Origin: Auanema rhodensis | Taxonomy: Eukaryota > Animalia > Nematoda | Length of the DNA: 64,000 nucleotides | Direction: 5' to 3' | NCBI GenBank assembly: GCA_964057225.1 | Contig: OZ059894.1 | Location: 16,306,001-16,370,000 of the forward strand | In this document: piece by piece, positions 27,094-38,089 of the stretch | Numbering within the stretch: position 1 is the first letter of the stretch | How the letters are laid out: each line of letters opens with the position of its first letter | Translations under genes and position numbers: made by a program | The notes under the pieces: model-generated | Seen by the model: only the letters and a program-made list of their open reading frames with translations | Told to the model about the DNA's origin: nothing | The model's database searches: none

Positions 27094-30000
27094 TTACTCG
27101 TGGTCGTTTGTGGCCTGGTTTGACGTTAACGCTCGTGCTCGAACTCAACGTGGGATGACAGAAGGGCTGAACGTAGCAGACAGAGTGGTTCTGGTTGGTA
27201 TTACTACTCAACTGGCATCCAAGCTATATTCTAGAGGCAAACGAATAAAAGAGCTTTCACATAATTTAGCAAGATAGTTATTGAATTGTTAATTATGTGA
27301 TTAACCATCGGTAAACTAAGAACAGATCGCATAATTTAGAGGAAATATGCAAAAATTCAGTGGAAATAATTAAGAATGAGACGGAAATAATAAGGTAACT
27401 ATGTTGAATTCAACTTTCTTTTTCCCTAATAGGCGAACAAAATCGAACTAACCTCAAATATAGTTAGCAAATATATAAATTAAACAAATAACTAATCAAA
27501 AAAGTGAAGAACAATGAAATATAATAAAAGGCATGCAACATGAATGAATAAAAGATAGATGGGGGGGCATTGAGGATTGACTTGTCTATCCAATAGACGT
27601 CTCAAGTAGGTGTTAATTATGCGATTACTTAGTTTGTTATATACACATATTAACTATACGTTATACAATAAACTATGTGACTTATTCTCTCATAAAATTA
27701 AAGATTGACACTCAACAGGATGTTGTATATATCTACTTATCTAAATGAGAAAAACAACAAAGAAACATGTAGGGATGAGCTTGGCAAATAAAAAAGAAAA
27801 TGCAACCGTTTTCGGCTTTTAGTAACAGAAGAAATGGATTGATTCACGTGATACACTTTTACGTGAGCATGTATATGTGAATCAAGTTGGTACCAAAACT
27901 CGAAGAAGAAGAAAAAGGTTACAACTTTCAGTTAAAAAAAGGTTTCGAATTGAATTCTTTGGAAAGAAAAAGTTTCAGCAAATGAGATCATGAATGAACA
28001 ATTCGTATGGTAATGTATAGAGAATAGTGAAAGGACAATACATATAACAATATGTTTTAACATGATGATCCAATACTCTATCATATGTATCTTCTATCAA
28101 GTTAGTACATTAATTCAATATTAAAATAAAAAAGAAAACAAATATAATTAATAATAAATAACAAAAAAATAAATCAATATCTTAATTATATTATATAGTT
28201 AAATAAAATTAAAATAAGTAATATAAGAATGGATCAATCAATTAGTATTTATATAAAATATTTAATAAGATGTTAATAAGAGTTAGTTGTAGTTTTGTAT
28301 TTGGAGTGTGCACATAAGATTTTGAAATTAAAAAGAGAACATAAACTTAAAAATAAAGTTAACATATACTTAAGAAGATTATTAATATTGAACTTTTATT
28401 AAGTTATATTCTAAATATTATGATAATACTAAAATGAAGATCAATTCATCATAAACTATGCTAGTTAGTACAAGTTAGTTCAATTTTCTATTAAAATAAT
28501 TTATATTTAATTTAAAATTAAATTTAAAAAAAAGGTTCAAATAAAAGTTTGAAAATAGAAATTTTATCATGAAAATGATTTTTTTTGTTAAAAGAAAATT
28601 GATATACGATATGATAAATAGTTAATAGGTGCAGAAAATTGTTGGTTAAAGGTTTCAAATTAATGAATGTTTCAAGAAGAAAATGATCAAGAAAGAAAAA
28701 AAAAACGAAAGAACGGTAGAATGAATAGAGTATGAATGAGAAAAGAAGACGTCTCAATCGAAAGGAATGACGATAAAAAACGGGAATCGTCGACTTTGTC
28801 CATCGTAGTCCATCGTCGTAGCCGTTGACGAAGTCGTCGTCTGGCTGGTCTCTTTTTCTATTAGTTTCAGTGATAACGTTGATGATGATGCTTGTATACA
28901 TAGGATGAGGCATAGTAATAAGAGTAAAAGTAATAATTAATAATAGTTTAATAGATATATGTTATTGTAAGGTTAATATAAAAAAAATTATTATAAGAAT
29001 AAACTTTTTCAAGGATTACTAGTTATTACTAGTTGTATTCATAATAATATTCATAATAACTATTATTATTATATTACAATTACAATTGAGAATTATTTTT
29101 TATATTTCCCAAAAAAAATTTAAAACTGGACAAAGTTTGTGAATTGACGAGCCGGAAACGGTATTTAGGTTCTTGTTAATCGATCAGTACAAGTGGCCAA
29201 ACTGTAATACCGATTCATTGAGTTCTAACCAACTGATCGGCTTATGGACAAGTTCTGTTTAATCATAATCTCTAATATTTGGAAAGAGTAAAACAGCTAG
29301 AATATAAGGCACCGATAGAGAGTAATGGGAGGGGGGGGGAAGATGGGTGGCAACGAGCGATGGGGGGACCCAGAGTGGGAGAGAGTGGTAAACTAAGCAG
29401 GTTCGTTCTGTGGTTCAGGTAACTCTAGAACCTTTTTGATCAAATCCGGCAATCCAGCAGACAATGAGATAGAAGACAATGTGCTGAGCGAAAAAGAGAG
29501 AGTATGGATAGGCAGAGAACATCATGCATATCCGCAATGAAACACAAGAGGATGATGCGACAACAACGACGACCACAACGACGACGACGACGAAGCCAAT
29601 GCATTTCGAGACATAGACATTGATTAGCGTTTCGTATGATACGGAGACAAATGATGTGCCAGCAAGCAAGCCAAACCATTATCTACGACAGCAAAATGAT
29701 TCTGATCAAAATCTGCGATGAATTTATTGTTTAAAACAAGACATCTATCTGCCAGATTATCGATTAATCCAATTGACAGAATAACAGAATTTTCATTGGT
29801 TGTTGTATATATATATATACTATATATACTATACTATACTAGATATATAATCAATTTGAATTTTGTGTCTTTTATAAAACATATATGAAGAGAATAAGAG
29901 AAATAGAGACAAAAAAGAAAATACGAGAATGTGAGAGAGCAAGAGAGATGGTGCACTTTGCCCTTAATTAGACGGACACGCTCCACAAAGTTGGTTTCAT

Positions 30001-32610
30001 AAGCAATGAAAATTAAGCTTTTGCTCTTAACTATTGAATATAATTATATTCTGAGATATTAAAGTGGTAAATATGAGTATATAAGCATTCACAATTAAGA
30101 AATGTTTATTTAATTATAATTATAATTATTATAAATAATATTTTAAATATAAATATATATATATGTAAATTCACAAACATATATATATATATACACTTTT
30201 GAAACCTAACTGTATGCATAGTTCGTCGAGCGTTGATGTATCATGATTGATGATCACCAACCATTTTGAATATTAAAAACTTAAATGAAAGCATTATATG
30301 GATGTCATCAACATATATGATTGTTTGGTTTTTCATATTTAAAATATAGTTAGCTATATCATATGAATATAAAAATAATATATAATAATTGAGATAATTC
30401 AGAATTACAGATGAATTTCTTATACTATAACTTATATTATTATTATTATTATTATAATGATATTTAGATATAGTTAGGCTGCAGATTGATAGATCTCTTG
30501 TCTTCAAAATCTAAGTTTCCAATAAAGCCATATATGACGGAAATAGAAAAGAAAGATTAATCGTTGATATACAATTACTACAGTTGATTGAATACTCTGA
30601 TTGTGGGATTGCCTTGATCGTTTGAATAAGGAGATCGTACAAACAGTTTAGTTGATTGCATAGTCGAATTTCAAGTAAGATGGCCGCATTAATCGAATTC
30701 AGAATTTTAGAACATCACTTAAAAGCGTCAGCAGCAACCAGTTTGCAACGATAACATTAAAAATATGAATGAGGAAGATCATATTTTATTACATAGAATT
30801 ACACACCGGTAATGGAAAATAAAGTAAGATTCGAAACTTGCTATCATCGATGCTTTCAGTTATTGCTGCAGATATAACAACAGAAGAGAGTAATGTGGTA
30901 GTGATGGTGAGAATGGACTAATGATTACCCACGTCCTTGGTATCTGGTATAGTTGTAGCAGAAGAGGAGGAGAGAGAACGAGAATCAGAAGACAACGTGG
31001 AGGAGTACAACGGCATTTCTTTCAATCAAATGGCTATTACGTTTGTCTTGACGAAAAATAATCATTCGTGTGGTATAAGAATACGGTTAAACGATAACTA
31101 AATACTTCTGAAAATCAGTCTTTTATGAGAATTTTGATGGAATGTGTATAGTTTGACCAACAATCACGTTTAACTAAACGTGATTGTCAATACTTCTTAT
31201 ACTTATGATGAAGATGATGATGGCAAGAATGATAATACGAATGTTGAAAAAAGGAAATTATTGATAATTTTCATGAAGAAAAGCATCAAAAGGAAAAGGA
31301 CATTCAGAGGGATGATGTCGGTAAAGATGCTAGCAGACACGATAGGTGCTGATAATTGATCAAATTGAACGTAAAAATTAGTTGTCTGCCAGACACTATC
31401 GATGGACACACGGTTTTCAAAGCCTAATTAGAGACGAGAAAACGTTTCTCAGCGTTCCTTGATATGATTTTCACTAAATTCCTTCTGGGGATCATATAGA
31501 AAATTTGAAGAAAAAACGGGAAAAGGTGTTTCCTCGAAATTACAAATAGTATAGTCTATACTATATTGTATAATAATAAATAATTTATACATATATTCTC
31601 CGAAATTTAACCTCCGTTTTCCAACATAACAAACTTTTTAGAATAATGAACAAGTTGGATTTTCTAAATTGTTATCTGACGTTCAAAAAGTTTTTGTTTT
31701 AGCAATGTTTGTCTAACACTTTCTATCAGCCCTAACATCTTTTTCGTTATTTAGTCAATATCTCAGTAATGTTCTTACTTCAAGTTATAAGCCTTTTTAA
31801 CATTTCTATCAAGATACAATATCTTTTCTATCTTTCGAACTCTTCACTATCAGCAAGTCTACGACAATCCTAACACCTAGAACCAACTTGTCTCGACGGA
31901 CGGACGGAAAGACGGACAGACAGACGCCTGTCCTGTTGTGTAAATCCCGCACATTCGTTGAGACCAGATTTCACAACATTGGTTCAAACTTGCCCCGCTC
32001 TAGCTGTAAACCTTTACGAGATGTCCGATTTTTTTTCTGAAAACCTATTGCAAGAACATCCAGAACTTCTTTTTCTTTCTGGAAAAATCAATGCAACTGA
32101 CGAATGTACAAGTGGCACAAAGAGTTAACAAGGACAATCCGTAGCATTTCCAAGGGATCTCAGAAACTTTTTCATTTTTCCCATAAAATAGTGTATGAAA
32201 TACTATCGAGCAAAGACAACATATCATCACATTTCTCTCAAAAAAGTGCGTAAGAATCATCATCATAACACAGCTGATTAGAGGAAAATCTCTCAATCTA
32301 TTATAAAGATGATAATAAAACTAAAATAATCTGAGAGATATGTGAGACCATTAAATTTCTTAAAAAAAAATGAAAAATTAGAAAAAGATATTTAAGTTTA
32401 CTTAGTACATGTGAACTTCATTAAGCATAATTATTTTTTTTACAAGAAAATAAGTAAAACATTCAAAAAGAAAATTTGAAACATGGAATATCACAGTAGA
32501 AATCTTTGAGATCATTGAGATTGTTCTTATAAGCAAGGGGGTTAGTACATTTTTTTCAAAAAAAAAAAAATAAAATGTTTAAAGTAAAATGAAAATACTA
32601 GAAAGTATTT

Positions 32611-34302
32611 TTAGAACAATGCTGATGCAGAGATGGCAAATACGAGCAAACCAGATATCAATGAAGCATAGCCTGCTGTTGATACTGGAGAATCGAGAAC
32701 ATCCATTACATGTCGACGTTGTTCTTCATCATTTTCCTCATCAGCTTCCACTCGTGCATAGTTTTCTAATTAATTAATAAATGTATATGTAAATCATATA
32801 ATTATTAAATTTATATGATACCTCTTCTTTCGAATCTTGCTTCAGCATCTAATTCATCAGAATCATCTGGTAATTTAACCTTTGGATTTTCAGAATCAGC
32901 TAACTTGTATGGGAGAACATGAGCCTAAAGATTATTAAATTACAAATATATTTGTTTTCAAACACTAACCGCCATAATTTTTGCTAAACTTTCGAAATCT
33001 GGAGTGGGCATGGGATTTCTTTGCCAATCAAACATTGAACACTGTAAAGTACGAAGTTCGCCATCAATTAACAGAGCAGCTTCAATAGGTTCTGTTGACA
33101 CAGATTCCATTCGATTTATTGTACGAATTTCATTATTTATCAGTATATCTTCATTGGTTGAAGGAATTGTTTCTACGTTGTATTTCACCTGTAAAGTCAA
33201 AAAATATTTTTTCTTTCTTTATGAAATCATGGATCGAAATCCTCAGCCATGAATTCACAAACCTGTTCTTTAACTGTTGACATGACTGATAACGGTCCAG
33301 AAGAAGTGGGATCGTTTGGGAAGGCAAAAGCAAAATTCTGAAATCAGATAGATTCCAACAAAAGCTATGTCATACAACAATAGTAAAGATTATTCAGATT
33401 TTCGCAGTTGAAGTCATACCTCGTCTTTACAAGCCTCTGGAACAATCCAATCAAGCATCTCTTCAAATCCTTGATCTTCACCCTTCATCATTGAAGAAAT
33501 CAATGTATCAACCAAATTTGTCTGCCCAACACATTTCTTACCCAAACGATCTTTAAAGCAATGCATCAAACACATGGTTGAACTGAAATCAAAATTATTT
33601 GGATGATAAAATACCTTTTATTCAAAACATCTCTTACTTGCACATGTTTTTAACATCAAAAACTTCATTTATCTGATTAGCTGCAGATGCTTGATCGATA
33701 AAACGGGACTGAAGCTTGCAATAACTTTCACATTCAGGTTGCAAATCTTCAGAAGCATTTTTAATACATTCAAGAGAATCTCCGACAGCTGAAATTTAAA
33801 TTTTCAAAAAACCTCAGACCTATAGTTTTATGTCTTACATTCTATATTTTCTAAACATACAAACTGAAAAAGTTTGGCGGCTGTTTCGACAAAAATTGTT
33901 GAACAGCCAGCGTTAACAGCACAACGAGCAGATTCTTGTAATTCACTGAATTAAAGACAAACAATTACTATACTCAGATATTTTTAAATTATCTATGATA
34001 CCTGCATAGCTTACTTACAGCTACTGGATCATTATTTCCTTTCTTAATAACTTTGAACATATCTTCCATATGTGGAATACATGTAGCAAAACATGATGGC
34101 ATTTGAAATGTCGACATCAATCTGGTAACATTCATTGGACCTTTGAATGCACCTAAAAATAAAATATATTCCAAAGATGCAAGCTCAAACACATGACAAT
34201 ACCCATTAATTCAGAAAGAAAGTTAGTCGATGAAATAGGCTGAACTGGATTTGTCAATGCTCCATGTCCAAATATCAGTAGGATTAACAGTGTTAATTGC
34301 AT
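32611..34302 (-). CDS. Secreted/GPI-type protein with chondroitin proteoglycan 4 (CPG4)-like Cys-rich domain; 9 exons
   Basis: Signal peptide MQLTLLILLIFGHGALT; Cys pattern PSCFATC...KLC...ARCAVNAGC...FVC...LECI...PECESYC...MCNSTMCLMHC...KKC...IVPEAC; acidic linker; hydrophobic C-terminus ASLISGLLVFAISASALF*. All introns are GT-AG and in frame. Confidence 0.8.
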
Positions 34303-34801
34303 CTAATATATGAAAAAAATCTTTAGATTATAATATAAACAAATTACATATAATTTATATAATATAACATACAAATATCTATTATAATATTTGTTTTTTA
34401 TATTTATACAATTATACTAAATAAAATAAAAGTAATTCCCATAATATATAATATAAATAAAAAATATATATTTTATATATATAATCTATATAATAATTAT
34501 TTATGTCTTATATACCTTAAATAGAACTTACATTATGTTTGAAAAGATATTTATATTTATATAATTTGATCTATTAGCGCGCCACCATAACAAACAAATC
34601 ATCTAAAAATCAAAGAAACATATTTGTTTTTTGTAAATATATTGATATGCATGTATAGTATATAGTATAATATTTAATTTACTTTATAAAAAAAAGAATT
34701 TTGAAAAATAAAATAAAATATTAAAAATAAATAATTAATTAATATAATATAGTGAAAACGTTATATATTACCGCTTTCGGTGATGTAGTATATTAGAATA
34801 A

Positions 34802-34823
34802 GCACGTGTAAAGTTCACGTGAA
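34802..34823. promoter_or_regulatory. Double E-box (CACGTG x2) in the divergent promoter region between the CPG4-like and H3-like genes
   Basis: gcacgtgtaaagttcacgtgaa lies about 45 bp upstream of the ATG at 34867, in otherwise nearly pure AT DNA. Confidence 0.45.
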
Positions 34824-34866
34824 AGTGTCATCTCATTTTCATTTTTAATTGGTTATATCGGTTGAA

Positions 34867-35070
34867 ATGGTTGTTTCACCATCTTCTTCATGTGATTCTG
34901 ATTGGGATTTAAGAAAACATGACGAAGATACATTATCGTCTGGAAGTTCTTCATCTGAAAGTCTTTTGACAGTGGCACATCATCCAGTTGTAAGATAATT
35001 ATTTAAGATATATATTTAAGATATTATAGTTAACGTTAACACCTCCATCAACACCTGAAACAATAGCTGT

Positions 35071-35101
<31 letters not shown>

Positions 35102-35694
35102 TTGTATAAATATATGAAACTAATCTATATTTATTATTTCAGGATAATATTACTGTGAGAAATCGGAAACGAAAATTGTAATAAATTCCTTTATGTATCA
35201 TTTTTAATTTTTATATAATTTTAGGCCTAAAAAAAATGAAAATGTAGATGAAGTAAGTATTATTGAAATTGAATATTTTGTATAAAATATAATGTTTAGA
35301 ATCTAAGTAAGAATGTTAATGCTCAATGGCAATCAGAAAATAAGTTACAAAAAAAGAAAACAAATATCAAGTTTGATTTACCAAAGGTAAATATTACAAA
35401 TAAAATGAATAATAATAATAATTGTTTTCGAAAACATTTGAAAGTTTGGTTCGTCAAATCATCGAAGAAACCTCAGGCAAGGACTATATGAGAATAACAT
35501 CAGACGCATTAGATATCTTACAAGAAGTAATATTATTTTATATAATATATTTATATTTATAATTATAATTATAGAATGCAGAAAAATATATAACTTATAT
35601 GTTTTTTGTTCAAAGTCAAATGATGTTTGTTAATGGACAAGATTGTTTACAGATTGAACTATTCCGAAGTTATCTAGTCTGCAAAAACTTATAA
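34867..35694 (+). CDS. Highly divergent histone H3/CENP-A-like histone-fold protein (about 175 aa); 7 exons
   Basis: Exons 34867-34989, 35030-35068, 35143-35177, 35225-35252, 35300-35386, 35431-35526 and 35575-35694. The C-terminal part FDLPKKTFESLVRQIIEETSGKDYMRITSDALDILQENAEKYITYMF aligns with H3 [45 protein letters not shown]. This model needs a CG acceptor at 35429-35430. Confidence 0.72.
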
Positions 35695-36104
35695 TATTAT
35701 CAATTGTAGCTGAATAACTATACTAATTGTTACAATATAGTTAAATATATGTTATAAATAAATGTAATACATTTTAACTCTTATAATACTAAGAATAATT
35801 CGAAACATAACCAATATAAAACTAAAAAAGTTTCTATTGAAATTTTAATTTTTTTATAACAATTCATTGAGAGATAATAATCATGATTTGCATAATATAT
35901 TAAATATAAGTTTAAAATATGATTTTTCTAATTATTTTATATTATATTTTATTAATCATTTCTAAATTATTCTATTGTAACTCAGCTGTCAATCAGTTTA
36001 AGTTATTATTCATTTCATTATTTCAATCTTGAAAACGTAGATTATTATATAGTTCACAATTATTTCTTTCAAATATCAAGTTTCCATGTTTTTATTTAGA
36101 GAAG

Positions 36105-36372
36105 ATGGATGTAGATTGGAGTGATCCTGATTCACAGACGAAAGTGCACAGTTTATACAATACTCACATTGATTTTGGTATAGCTTTGTTTGGTGATGTA
36201 AGTAATTTTAATATATTTTAAATTATATATCCTTAAGACATTACCTGCAAAGGATCGAAAAGCTGAATATTATATTACAGTTATATTATATACTGTGGTA
36301 TTATTTTTTACTATATTATTTAATACTTTATTTTCTATTTTATTATGTCTTTGTCCTAAACACTTTCGAGAG

Positions 36373-36407
<35 letters not shown>

Positions 36408-37916
36408 AATATAATATAAATTAAGAAAACATTTGTTAAAATACTATGGCATGTTGTTATTTCTAATTTTTTATCAGCAATAAGTAATGTTGTTGTAACA
36501 CTTCCTGTAACATTATTCAATTTTGATGCAAAAGAATTTAAAGATTTTAAAGGAACAGGTATACATACTACAATGAAATCTAATAATTTATTTTGTTTTT
36601 TTTTAGTTATTTACAGAATATTCAAACCATTAACATCATTTTCTGTAGAATTAAATCTTTTATTAAGCTTTGTTATAGCTCTTCAAAGGCTGTTTGTTTT
36701 TGTATCTTCCAGATTAACAACATTAATATTTGAAGGGTAAATTTAAATATAATAAATTGTATTTATAAATATATAATTAAAGATATATATTCTATATAGT
36801 TATGTTAACAGTATGGATTCTTACATTTTCAATTACTTTCTTATATGAATATTTCTCTTGTTCATATGTATATGATGATAAATACTATATGTATAGATAT
36901 ATATGTGAAATGAATGAGAAAACTGCTTTAATGCTTAGTTCAAAAGTTGAAATGGTTAAAACTAGTTAATATATAATAATTATTATTAATATGTATTTAT
37001 TATAGTTTGTCATTTTACATAATTTGGCTATTCCTATTATAATATTTATCATTTATATTATAATATTTATTCGTATATATAAACAAAGACGAGTTATAAA
37101 TGCAGTAAAATCAATTACATTTGAAAAAGAAATATTGAAACAAGCATTTATTCTTTTTTTAGCTTTTGAAGTAAAATTTATTATTATTTATAATTTATTT
37201 TAAAATTTTATTTTTAGTTAGGATCACTGTTCTCTATTTATATTCCAAATAGAGAAATTAGATCCACAACAGCTTTTCTATATAATCGAATTGACATGAC
37301 TGTATGTTTTCATTTTGATTTTTGATTTTTTTGATATCATATACTATGACCACGTACTTATTTATACTAATATTATACTAAATATAAAATATTAATATGA
37401 AATGAAAATAATTAATTAATTTTTCAGTTAGGCTTATTATCTGGTGCTCTAACGCCAGTTCTCTCAATCGGAGCATGCAGTGAGATTCGAAATGTTTTAA
37501 ATTTTAAAACATTGAAAAAAACTAAAATAGCAGCAAAAGTTGCATCATCTATCGTAAGCAATCTTTGTAAATCGTGGGTCTTATTCCGATGTCAAATCCA
37601 TACTTGATATAAGTATGTAACAAATAACGTTGTATAAGTAATATTTTGATTTTTACATAGATAGAGAGAGGGAGAGAGAAAATGAGAGAGAGGGAGAGAG
37701 AAAATGAGAGAGAGGGAGAGAGAAAGTAAGAGAGAGAAATAAATATATTTTAAAAAATAACGGAATAAGTACCTCAAACATACATTTACACATGTATATT
37801 TAAAGAAAAAACAAATTTATTCGTATCTTCAGAATTTATTGTAGGATGTATCACCAACAAACATAAACTTGGGAAACAATCGTCCATCTTCTAGTTATTC
37901 GCAAAGCTCTGATTAA
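36105..37916 (+). CDS. Serpentine chemoreceptor GPCR, class X (Srx)-like
   Basis: Eight or nine short exons join in frame, giving about seven hydrophobic segments with FVIALQRLFVF, CSYVYDDKYYMYRYIC and FEKEILKQAFILF motifs. The 3' end is ambiguous: read-through stop at 37607, or a last exon 37845-37916 via atc|gtaag. Confidence 0.8.
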
Positions 37917-38089
37917 TGGAATTACTTTTGATTGAGATGTTTGATATTATTATTTTTGTTTATTTTATTTCATACAAATATTTAATTTAAATAATAAATC
38001 TTTAATATGTTTGTTTAAATTTTGAATAAAAATAAATTCATATTTTTGACGTCAATCATTTTTTTTTTATTTTAAATTTGACATTGAAG

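Noticed and set aside
26891-27277. Overlapping ORFs on both strands
   Set aside because: Explained by a (GT)n microsatellite, which lacks stop codons.
29415-29679. ORFs with poly-Arg (MHWLRRRRRCGRRCC) or poly-Val
   Set aside because: Both come from a CGA/CAA trinucleotide run; I found no convincing splice signals linking them to a gene.
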